DNA from: Dudresnaya verticillata
Lineage: Eukaryota
Assembly: GCA_977862235.1 (NCBI GenBank)
Contig: OZ374565.1
Span: 1,364,001-1,428,000 of the forward strand
Direction of reading: 5' to 3'
DNA: 64,000 nt
The stretch's first letter is position 1; the number at the start of each line of letters is the position of its first letter. Both the position numbers and the translations under genes were made by a program. Below, one piece after another: positions 47,715 to 59,362 of this stretch. The notes beneath the pieces were generated by a model. That model did no database searches and had not been told where the DNA came from. It saw only the letters and a list, made by a program, of their open reading frames with translations.

Positions 47715-50700
47715 TCCGAGCACCGACTCCTGACACTGGGGTGTCATATCCAAACGATAGGCTTCCGCCTCGGGTGGTGACACGGAAGGAGGGCCCGAAG
47801 CCACTTAAAGAAGACGCCGAAGGGCGAATAGAACCGTCACAGACGTCATTGAAGCGCCCATGGCGTAGGTACCAGCCCCCAAAAGGGCGGGGACAGTTGT
47901 TCGTAATGGCCAAGAGAAATTATAAGGTGTACGCCGACTTGGGCGCCACCACCAACACCTTGGCCCGTAAAGGTACTGTCCTCGACACCGGGGCTTGTCC
48001 CAACTTCATCCGCATTAACGAGATCCCGCGAGAAGCGCGTGCGCAAATTGTCGCCAAACGTCTGCCCGTCATTTCCGACGCCAACAACAAGGCAATACAG
48101 ACGCGCGGAACCATCCATTTGGTCGTACGTCTTGGACAACGGGTCGTTAAATTGGAATTAATCGTTTGTAAACGGCTCGCTGTGCCGGTCATACTCGGTT
48201 GCGACTTTTGCGACCGCTTTTTCGAAGCAATATATCCGCGAAGATGCGAGGTCAAATTGGACGACGGGACTCGAGTCCCGATCACGCGTCCTCCGCTTCG
48301 CCGACCGACGTCGTACCCGCCGTTGCCACCGGAGCAAGAGTGCGGACAGGCCGGAGGAAGGACTTCACCCAAGATTCGTTCAACCCAACGTACAATCATC
48401 CCGCCTCAGAAGCAGAAGTGGGTCCCGGTAGCCACGGAACGTTCCGGAGTAATCACGATTCAGCCGTTCGGAACGATGTACGACCGGCAAGGCATGCTCG
48501 ATACAAACGGTATCGCCCAATTGGAGCCGCTCAAAGTGTTCCGCATCCTAGTCGCCAACGTTTCGCCTCGGGCGCAAGCGCTCGCAAAAGGGCAGGTCGT
48601 TGCTGTGGCGTTACCCCATCCAACAGCAGTGTTCCCCAGTCACATAATTCTGGCCGATGTATTGGGTATCGCCGAAGACCAATCACAGGGTGAGGAAGCC
48701 AAGCAAGACTTTCGTTTCAAAACGAACGATTGCGTCGCGGCGAAGCCGGATACTTTCGCTAAGTCTATCGAAGCGACGCTCGCCAAGCCTCCGTCAGTGC
48801 ACGACTTGAACTTGGTTATCTGTCCGCAGAGCATCACGGCCGGTTGAAGGAGATGCTGCGCCGCTACTCGTCGATGTGGGACGGTTCCCTAGGAGAAATA
48901 GCGACCACGGAGCACTATATCGACCTGCTCCCCGGCTCTCACCCGATCTACTTACCACCATATCGCGCTGGTCCGAAGCAACGGCAGCTTGCTCAAGCGG
49001 AGATCGATCGCATGCTACGTCAAGGGGTTATCGAACCCGCAAAAATCGCCGTGGGCGTCTCCAGTCGTCTTCGCCCCAAAGAAGGACGGCACTCTCCGCT
49101 TTTGCGTAGATTATCGTCGACTGAACGCAGTAACCGTACGGGATACGTATCCGTTACCACGTATTGACGAATGCATCGACAGTCTAGGGGATGCCAACGT
49201 CTTCACACCCTAGACTGTAATAGCGGATACTGGCAAGTGCCAATTGCTCCGCGGGATCGCGACAAGACGGCCTTCGCGTGCCACACCGGTCTCTTCCGCT
49301 ATCAGCGTATGCCTTTCGGGTTGACCAACGCCCCGGCCACGTTTCAACGGACTCTCGACATATTACTCGCCGGGTATAAGTGGCGTTCGTGCCTCGTCTA
49401 CTTGGACGACATTACTATATTTTCCAAGGACGTTGACACGCACTTCCGTCATGTCGACGAGATTCTTTCAACTCTCCACCGAGCAGGGATCACTTTGAAG
49501 CTGGCCAAGTGTGACTTCTTCACCCCGACTGTCAATTACCTGGGACATGTGATACGTCCAGGACGATTAGAAGTCGACCGAACGGTTACCGCCGCATTAC
49601 GCGAAGCCAAGCACCCGCGGGACCAGAAGGAGCTACGTAGCTTCCTCGGGTTGTGTAACGTCTATAGAAGATTTGTGTCGCGTTACGCGCATGTCGCTGC
49701 GCCCCTCAATAAGTTGCTCCGAAAGGAGCAGGAGTTCACACTACCGTCCTTTGACGAAGGGCAAGCGGCCGCGTTCGACACTCTCGTCGAGGCCGTAACC
49801 AGTCCGCCGGTATTGGCGCTACCACAGCCAGGCTTGCAATACTCCGTCGATTGTGACGCCAGAGACTATCAAGTCGGATGCGCTCTCTTCTAGACGCAAC
49901 CCAATGGGGAGCGGAAGCCACTCGGTTTCTGGTCGCGTTCACTTACCGCTCCAGAGCGTAATTATTCTGTCTCCGAGAAGGAGTGTCTGGCAGTAGTGTG
50001 GTCCGTTACAACATTGCGTCCGTATCTCCAGATGGAGTCGTTCACCGTACATACGGATCACTCGTCGCTGAGGTGGTTGATGGAAATCAGTGACCCCTCG
50101 GGACGTTTGATGAGATGGCGACTGCGCCTCTCGGATTTCGACTTTGTCGTTAAGTACAAGAAGGGGCACTTGAATACCCAGGCTGATGCCCTTTCGCGTC
50201 TACAGACGAATGGCGAGACGGTTGAACCGATCGACGACGATGTTCCGTGCTACTGTGGGGGACACGTCGAGGACGAGCATCAGACGTCAACCGACGGTGC
50301 GACCTGCGCCGAAGGCGAAGTCGACTTCGTAGAAAGGGAGTTCGAAGAGTTCGACCGGCTGCTCCTCGCCAACGCGCCTTCACCGGAGGAGGTGCTCCTA
50401 CGTCAGGTAACGCAAGAAGAACTAATCCATGCCCAGGCCAACGACGAGTACTGCACTGGAATTCGGAAGCGTCTCTATGACGGAGAGTCGATACCGTTCG
50501 CGATGGACGAGCAAGGGCGACTCATAAGGACCGTGGAGGCCCGGCCACAGGTCGTTGTGCCATTCTCGTTACGCGCACGCTTCCTGCACCTCAGACATTA
50601 CGCTAAGCTAGCGGCACACCCCGGAGGGAGGAAGCTGTACCAGACGCTCCGACGTGAATTCTATTGGCCGTCCATGACGGTAGATTGTTTTACAACTGTT

Positions 50701-52413
50701 CGCAACTGCGTTACCTGCGCGAAGAACCGCGTCCTGCTACGAAAGAACGTGAACGAGATGACGCTGTTCCTGGCTACCGAGCCGCTTGAGTTCGTTTGTA
50801 TCGATATACTCGGAGAACTCATACGTACGAAACGAGGGAACAGGTTCCTACTTGTAATCGTCGACCGCTTTTCGAAGCTGGTCAGGACAGTACCCTTGCG
50901 AACAGTTACGGCTCTGGAAATCGCAAAAGCGTTCTTCCGACATTGGCTTTTCGTGTATGGTCCGCCGAAGCGCCTACTATCAGATAATGGGCCGCAGTTT
51001 GTCGCCAAACTATTCCAGAACGTCTGCCGTCTACTGGGTGTCGAGAATCTTTTCACCACGACGTATCACCCCCAGTGCAATGGACAGATGGAACGGTTTA
51101 ACCGGACGATACTCGCATCATTGCGTCACTACGTGGCAGACCATCCTAGAGACTGGGATATGTTCACGGATGCTTTGAATTTTGGTTTCCACACGCAGAT
51201 CCACTCGTCCACACAGTTATCGCCGTTCGAGCTGGTACTCTCTCGACCACCACTCCCGTTGTCGCTCCAAGCGGAGCTGTCGCTGGAAAGCATCCCGACC
51301 GGTGGTCAATACTACGCGAAGTGGAGAGCATGGCTGACCGCATTGATGAGCACCGCGACGGCGACGTTGGCTCAAACGCAAGCTCGCTATAAGCGGAACT
51401 TCGATACCCGACTGCGGAAATGCGCCGAGAAGATTGTCGCTGGTGACTTCGTATTTGTACGCAAGGAGTACTTCGCCAGAGGCGGTTAGAGGGATCAAGC
51501 AGAACGCAAGCACAAGCTAGCACCAGTGGCGGACGGACCCTACAGAGTAATCAGCGTCGAAGACGGTACGATTGCGGTCGACAAGGGACATAACGAACGC
51601 GAACGCTTGTCGAGGGACTGCGTGGTTTGGGCGCCAACCCCTCCGGGTCATGTCCAGATTAGCACCCCAACAGCCGCGGACGTCCTGCCCGATGGGGCGC
51701 CACCGAGTCAAGGAGTCGTCAACGACGGGACGAACGTCGCTACCGCGTCACCCCCGAGCGGGGGTGATCAACAGATGCGTGGCGACCATTCAACACAGGC
51801 GTCCATTCGTGGCTTAGCCGAGTTGGCTCCGTTCGAAGCTAGGCCCGGTAGTGAGTCATCGCGTTCCGTTTCAGACGACGACCAACCACAGGGGGTCCAC
51901 GCCCGACTCGGCGTCGCTAGACATACTCCGGCCACGCCGCCGGCTGGCCCGACTAAGAGCGCCACCGACGTAACCAAGGCTACGCTAAGGAGCGAATGTC
52001 AAACTCCGACTATGTCGGCGGCGAAAACGCCAGAAGCAAGCGCATCTCCCCCCGAAGGCGTACGTTCGGCTATACGAGACGCTACCCGCCCATGGTGATC
52101 ATCGCGCCGAGTACGCTTCGCCGGACCGTTGGACGCCCACGGCGCAGGACCAAAGCAGCCGAAGGACCCGCCCAAGGCGAAACGCAAGCAACCAGTCACT
52201 GGCAGCGAGGGAGAGTACGTAATCGATCGGATCGAGAAGCACGCGTTCGCAGATGACGAAGAGATCCTCTACTTCGTGAAATGGTTCGGATACGCTGCCG
52301 CAGCGAACACGTGGGAACCGGTGTCGAACCTACCCCGTTCGCATATCGTGCGGTACCACCGCCAAAAGCGAACGGACCCTCCACCGAATATCGACGACGC
52401 TCGTTTAGGGTAA
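47715..52413 (+). pseudogene. pol: pol (PR-RT-RH-IN-chromodomain) with frameshifts and stops
   Basis: VLDTGACPNFI, RFCVDYRRLN, YLDD, VDCDA, HPGG..FYWP..CVTC, SDNGPQF, GPYRV; chromodomain EYVIDRIEKH..YFVKWFGY..NTWEPVSNL. Confidence 0.94.
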
Positions 52414-53707
52414 GACGCCCCAACCGATCACGAAAGGACTTGCGTCCTAGAACGCCAAGGGCGGAAGCACGCCCAGAGCGGATCCTCATACGTACGCCCT
52501 ACAACGGGACAGTCAGTCAAGACGGCCCGAATCGCTGGCGCCACATAACCTCCAGGCGCTGGCCCCGGGTGACAGCGCACGCGGAAGGGGGGAATTACGA
52601 AAACAACACGAAAAGCAAAAATAATATTAATAATTACTCGCCGTAGGCGTCTCGCAAACCGCCAAGTGTCGTTACGAACGGACGGAGGGAAGTCCCCCTA
52701 CCACTATTTGCGAGGACGGGACGTTGGCCCCCTCGAACGAATAACCGCGTGACTCATGTCGCCCGCCACCGTCGACGTCCCCGCGACCTCGCGCCGCCGT
52801 CCGCAAGGGCACACTACTAAGGTACAGAGAGGGGAGAAGGAAACGGAACTGCTACGCTAAGGGGAACGACGCGAGACCGCGAGGCCGGATGGGGCGGGGA
52901 CGTCGCAGACGGGAATAACAACTTACGTGCACGACGCGTCGAGTGGCAAACGACCCCCCTCACTGGGAGTGGCCCTCCCGCGCCGAGAGTGTAGCGGCCA
53001 CACCATAATAACGTCGAAGACGAGTACTTGAGTTCAAGCGTCAAAGACGAACCAACTCTGGGGATCGGCTCCGCTGGCAATACGCGGAGCGCGACCAACG
53101 GGGACGAAGGAGCTATAGTTGCTGCCCGAAGCGTCAAGGACGAGTCAGGGCAATCCTGTAATGACGTCGGACGACGCCAGCTACGCAATATACACTGGCG
53201 TGGGGCGGCAGAGTCGCTGCAGCGCCGACGGCGGTCACTCCCCATGAACGTCAATGACGACGCACACGGAAGCGATTACGCCGGAGTAAGGTGGCGGGAG
53301 TAAGATGGCGCGCGACGCATTCATTTGCGGTCGCCTGCACCGACAATCACGCCAAGAGCGGTTTACGACAATAATGCACGCGGGTCCCATGGCTACCAAT
53401 GAAGCGGCTACGGAGAACTACCACGCAAGATTACGGCAAGGCCGACACGAAGCCCCTTCCCGCTCGCCAAGACGTTAGGGACGACTAAGACGCACACGCC
53501 ACGCGGGTGCCATTTGGCGTTACGTCTCGGACGATCAAGCAGGCCCCCGACCGCAAAAACAAGTTCCGGCGGGGGGAGCGCAGCCACAGTGGGTCAGTAA
53601 GGCAAACAAGGAAGTAACGGAGATGTCTAATACGCACATGCCTTAGACGACATCGCCCCTACTACCTCGCTAACTTTAGGGCTACGATAACGTGGCCATA
53701 TCCGTCT

Positions 53708-55981
53708 CTAGACGCCGGTCTTTCCCCCGCCCGAGCCGCTTCGCACGGAAGACTCGGACTCAGCCACTCTCGCGACCGCCAAGCGAGTCGTCAAAGACGA
53801 GAGGTTAGGGGACACCCTCCGTCGCCTTCGGCGTACTAGGGGCCTCCGCATCCTCGCCCTCGGCGGACTCACGAAGTGCCGCCTCGTAGCCATCATCATC
53901 CGTCGGAGACGAAGGAGCGGGACCAAGTGAAGCGGCGGCGGGCCGCGAGGCATCACCGGGCACAGCAACCACTTGGGTCACAAGATCTTCCGGCGCCTTC
54001 TGCGAAACATCAGACTCTTTAGTCGCCTCGGGCGTGGGGACAACCGTCGTCCGCCAGCTTCGGCGACCGCGAAGTCTTTTCCGCCACCGGCGTCGAGCGC
54101 AATGCAATCGCCTTAGGCGTTAACAGGGCATCTTTTCCCTTCGCCTCAGGCGTCTTCGGAATGTTAACCGCCTTCGGCGCAGGTTGGGAAGTGATCGCCT
54201 TAGGCGCTCCGGGGACTTCCGCCGTCGATGACGTTGGGACAACTTTGCTCGCCACAGGCGCTTCGCCACTGGAAGGCATCGTCGTAGACGAAGTCCCCAC
54301 AGCGCTCCCGCCACTAGGCCCCGTAACCGGCAGAGCCATTGACCCCCGCACAGGGGTTGCCGTCGAGGTTGGAACCGTCGCCAAGACGCGAGCCCACCAA
54401 TCCGAGGGCGAGCCGCTCGCTTCGCTAGGCTCGACGCCTGCGGCCCGCAGGAGCGAAAGGACCACATCACGCTGCGCGGAGTTCGAAGTCGGCACAGCCG
54501 AAGATACTGCAACACCGTCCTGGACGCTTGGAACCGATGGCGACGCCACTGCCACGACCGCTGGTGTCTGCACCCGGGAAGCCATGACAGCGTCACCATC
54601 ATCGTCAGCGACGGCTGCGTTCCCATCGTTGGGAGCAACCGCCACTGGCGTATGAGACGGCCCAGCCGCAGTTGCCACATCCGACGCCAGAGGCGATTCT
54701 ACAGCAGAAGCTGATGGCTCAACCGCCATAGGCGTCGCGAAGCCGGCCCAGACGTGTGCACCCCGGCGCTGGTAGCGTGAAAGGCGTCCTCCTCGGCTGT
54801 CAACATGGCCAAGTCAGGAGGGAAATCTCCGACAAAGTCGCACGATGGCAGTAGCCCACGAGGGTGGCCCGTTCAGTCACAAACCGGTCAGTACGTCGAT
54901 GACGTTCAGCACTGCTTTCCGTCGTTCGACGTTTGGTCCAAGGATTGTACCAGGCCCAGTCGCCACAGGCGTGGTAGTTGCGGCATATCGCGAAACGCGG
55001 ACGACGCGCCTTCCGGCGGCTGTTTTCCAGAGGGACGACCACGGGGTTATCCCAGTCGATCTCGCTCGCCACTTGGCGTAAGTACCAGAACTCGCGGAGG
55101 TTCCGCTGACCGTCGAGCGTCTCGGTAAGGTCCAAATCGTTGAAAAATGCTACGATACGCGGTGGGAGGTAGTACATCCGAAAGGTATCGTACACCTCCC
55201 ACAACCACGCATAAGCGATGTTGGCCACCCACTCCGTCTGAAAGACGATCCACCACCGCGAATACGCGTTCACTACGAGCTCCGAGCCCACGTAAGTGAC
55301 GCACGGGGGTAACGCGGCAGCGAAGCTCTCGCACACTTCCATCTCACGCCACTGTGGCGGTAACTTGACGAAACATTTCGACACTTTTGTACGCTCTAAG
55401 AGGTCAATCTGTGTATCCTGATACGGCACTAGCACGCCCTTGCGGCACCGGGACTCGCACTCCCAGCGAATGCACCTCTCCCAGTAGAATATGCCTGCTC
55501 GGTGGGAATACCGAAACTCCGCTCGCAAGCGCACACCCATCACCAACACATCGTCTCTGAAGCGAGCGTCCAACGACGGATTGATGTGCGTCAACGGCAG
55601 TTCTGCCAGACGATAACCATAACCGGCCTCGCCGTGTGTTCGGAAAAACGCCGCATCCAACCCCAGCGACAACGGGACCAAGTCGGTCCCCGGGAAGCGG
55701 CCATATACGTCGATGACGAAGCGGGCGTACGCGTCTGCCCGCGACTGGCCCGGGTGCGTATGCAACCACTCTTTCGGGACCGCGCAACGCGTCCGCCACT
55801 CCGTCGAATAGACGACAGCCAAGGGGCGTTCCCCCGGCAACATATCGCCAATGGCGTAATGCGCAATCTGCGCTTCGTTTCCCAACGCGGCCGGGTCAAA
55901 CCACGGCGCCCTCGCAAAGAGGCGCGCGTGGTCACGCGGACTCTTTCCGACAAAGTCGTGCAGTGACGGGTATACCGGCAT
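53708..55981 (-). pseudogene. Antisense accessory gene of element D (393-aa globular ORF plus frameshifted Ala/Pro/Ser tail)
   Basis: ORFs 54800-55981 and 54019-54729 lie between pol and the PPT, inside the LTR pair. Homologous to 41424-43799. Confidence 0.75.
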
Positions 55982-56371
55982 CGATGAAGGGGGCGCAATC
56001 TGCGCCCCATCGTACTATGGCATAACGTCAACGACGGAAACTTACGAATACGTCACTGACGATCGGGAATTCGCCGTCCCACCGAACAACGTCGTCGACT
56101 AGGAGATACCGCACGCGCCTTGGACGAGGATCGCCGAACATCAACGACGAAGGCAAACGGCCGCTTGGCAACACTGTCACACACGCCTCGTGCGGAGAAT
56201 TGACGTCGGTCGCTAACACGCTGAAAGCGGAACGACCGCTTCGGGCGAGGATGACTGCTCGCACACACGGCAACGCCGAGCAAAAGCACACGCCACAAGC
56301 GGAGTCGCAGCTGATGGAGGTTGCGCGGTACGACTCAGTCGATGGATGTGTTCGCGTCTAAGCGGGGGTCG

Positions 56372-57205
56372 TGTGGCGCACGGGGGACCGAGCTTTTGTT
56401 TCCTCGCCATGGGCGTCAAGGGCTTCGTCGACCGACGGACGTTCACCTGGAACAGCTCTTTCGCCATTGGCGCGAACAAGTCATCGACGATTGGCCTACG
56501 GACGTGCGGGTGCCACAAACCCGCACCGCGCAGGCCGATACACTGTACGGCACAACGCTGTAGAGCGGATCTGGATGACACATCGGGATCAACGAAGTGT
56601 AAGCGGGTTGACTGGCAATTTGGCCCGGATCCCGATCGAATCCGGATCCCACATCCGGATCGGACATCGGGATCCGCTGTAAGGGCAACGCGCCTGTAAT
56701 ACGGTGCCGATCGCGACCCGAATCCAGATCGCCTACAGTGCCGTACAGGCGCGCCTCGGTCAGACGCATGCGTCGACGTACAGTGGCTGCATTGTCCCGG
56801 GACCTGTCAGACGCACCTCCATACGACACGTGTCCCGGGTTCCCGCGCACTACATTATGCAGCCGCCGCGCCGCGGCCCCATGCCATTATTTAGGTACCT
56901 CGTCTAGGACGTAGCGGTAAAGCCCCGGCAAGCCGGTTTGAGTCTAGACTTCCCTTCCGCGACGGCGCGGACCCTGCCGCTTCCCGGAAGCATAAACGTC
57001 TACCTCTGCGTGCTTCCACGTTCGTAACTGTTGCTAACGTGTTTTCCTTTGGGTTTCTTTGTCCCTTTTCTTTTCCGCCTCGGGCGTTTACAGTCCGCCC
57101 TAGGCGTGTTTAACCTGCTCTACCAAGTTCGCCATCAGCGGCTACCCACCGGGCCCCCGAACGGCCCGGAGGTGTTCTCCGTCAGTAGACGACGTTTTCA
57201 CGACA
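56372..57205 (+). repeat. 3' LTR of element D
   Basis: TGTGGCG...CACGACA, preceded by PPT AAGCGGGGGTCG (56360-56371). Confidence 0.95.
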
Positions 57206-57860
57206 ACAGCGGCTGAGTGGCGAAGGAGGAGGAAGAAGGAAGCCGACGGGCGCAGCGCAGTTGGGCGTGTTGAAGGCGGGGAGCTGATGCGGGCTTGTGG
57301 TATAACGAAGTCCACGGAGACGTGGGGAAGTCTCGAACTGTAAGGAATGGCCTCGGAGCCTAACGAATGGCCTTGTAGCCTAACGGAGAAACGAAAAGGG
57401 GTGGTAGCGTGGTAGAGCGGAGCGACCAACACGAAGGACCACGGTGTCAACGTATTCGTGTGCGGAAGGGAGAACTCGAGCGATCGATCACCGGGGATGA
57501 CTCCGTGTGCGCGGGGCTATCGAAAGCGAGGCTCGACCGTATCCGCGGTCACGAAGACGAAGACACCGAACTCGAAGAAAGAAGCGTTTACCGAAGACTC
57601 CGAGGTCCGGGCGCTAGTCGCTTACCGGAAACCCTCGGAGGTTGTGCCAGACGACTGGCTAGGTAGTACTACGTGAGCACGAATGCGCGTCAACTCGGGA
57701 GACGGTTCGTACTCGAATGATTCGTAACGGCCTCGGTGCCAGCGAACGGTCGCCTCACGTATGGTGGCGGTTGCGAAGTGCGCCAGCGATGCATACGGAG
57801 GGGCGCGTATCTCGTGGGCCCCGGTGCCGTTACGCACGGGAAACAACGGGAAAGTCACGA

Positions 57861-58062
57861 AGGTGTCAGCGATTTCGTATCGGGTGCGCACTGTAATGCG
57901 AATGCCATCGTGGCGCGCGCGATCACGAAGTCGGCTCGGGATTCGTCCGGAGGTGTCAGCGATTTCGTATCACGTGCGTGCTGTAATGCGTATGCCGTCG
58001 TGGCGCGCGCACCGTATGCATCGCTGTAATACGTTTGCCATCGTGGCGTGCGCAATCACGGA
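57861..58062. repeat. ~90-bp tandem repeat (2 copies plus a partial third)
   Basis: AGGTGTCAGCGATTTCGTATC...CTGTAATGCG.ATGCC.TCGTGGCGCGCGC at 57861 and 57951; partial copy at ~58024. Confidence 0.85.
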
Positions 58063-58857
58063 GTTATTTCGATATTCGTATTTCTCGGTTATTTTCGCGT
58101 AGGCCACGGAGTCGTTTCACGGATAGCGTATATACCATAGGGCTGTCGACGCCGAGACGCGAGAAGGCGTAATCGGGTCGCAACCCTCTGCTTGTATAGC
58201 CGCGCAGCGGCGCCAAAATTGGCTCATGTAAACTCGTGAGCCGCAACGCTCGCGAGCCGTCGACGCCCGAGACGTCGCGACGGGCACGCCTGAACACTGA
58301 GGGGCTGGCCCGCGATGCCACGCATGTAACCAGGGCCCACACGGCCGCTGGCCCGACTTGATCCCCGACAGGGCGTGATACACAGACAGCCGTTGGGAGC
58401 TCAACCACTAACCTAGCAGATTTAATATTCGGAAACCGCCAGTCATAGCCTCGCCGGCTGCTTCGATCTTCAGAAGGGGGCTATGAGGCAGTATGGAAGC
58501 AGTCAGCGGGACGGCTTACAGGAGCGTAATTCTTTTCGCGGGACAGACTGTCCCTTAATCAGGACAGCTGTCCTTTCCTCGCTGTACACGTCGGTGGCGC
58601 GTGGAATACACGTGTGTATATGTGGCCTTACAGCTGTACACGTGGCCTACAGGTGGCATTGTAATGACGCCAGTTGGACAAGTCGTATTGGCTGATTTAT
58701 GACGCGCCGCTGCGCTCCTACTCACGAACGAGGATCGCCTCTGCGCTCAGGGTATCGACAATGCAGCCGAGACGCTGGCCTGGACACCGGTGCATTCGCC
58801 CCCAAGTCCCCTATCTGGAACGCATTCCCACTTTTACTTTGTACTGGCTGTACGAAC

Positions 58858-59362
58858 TGTAAGGAAGTGCCTTTTAGGTCTCTTGTGAACTCAAAGAGTG
58901 CACTCAATGAGAAAGCCACAGAGCGGGTACCTGGTAGCGGTGGTAGAGCGGGAGGAACCCAGAGGGTAGACGAGGGCACGTAACCGGATTGGAAGCACGA
59001 TACTGAAGGTAGTTCACTGGGCGGGCGGTTGACCGGGCACGGGTGACAAGTGTGCTGCGGTGCCGATAGCTTGGAGACGTAGTTGGGGCCGGAAGGTGCT
59101 TACCTTTACTGTGCAGTAGTTGCCACAATGGTGCACCTTATATGGAAAAAGGCTACCGTCTGGTCCCCTGACACCGCTTCTGAGGACTGTGTACAAGGCC
59201 CGCCTACACTACTAATAAATAATCATAAAATAACACTGGATGTGTCCCGAAATGGACCACTTGTCAGTTACCTGGAGGGTCACTTCAAATCTCGATCTCA
59301 GGCGCTATTCATCATCCTGGAATAGTTCCACGCCGCTTCTGCAAGCCTTTCACTGTATTACA
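58858..59362 (-). repeat. 3' LTR of element E
   Basis: TGTAAGG...TATTACA; no difference from 63363-63867 spotted. Confidence 0.96.

Larger units (their letters stand above)
44164..57205 (+). mobile_element. Full-length Ty3/Gypsy element D (~13 kb) with a 4-kb extra 3' region
   Basis: LTRs of 835 and 834 bp, TSD ACAGT/ACAGC (4 of 5 match), PBS, gag, pol-chromodomain, antisense ORF and PPT. Confidence 0.95.

Noticed and set aside
54800..55981. env-like gene
   Set aside because: Antisense orientation, and no signal peptide, furin site or transmembrane segment is apparent.
45001..56371. A discrete barcode word for element D
   Set aside because: It is visibly ACG/CGT- and CGWCG-rich (~3x), but I could not separate a specific motif from general CpG richness by eye.
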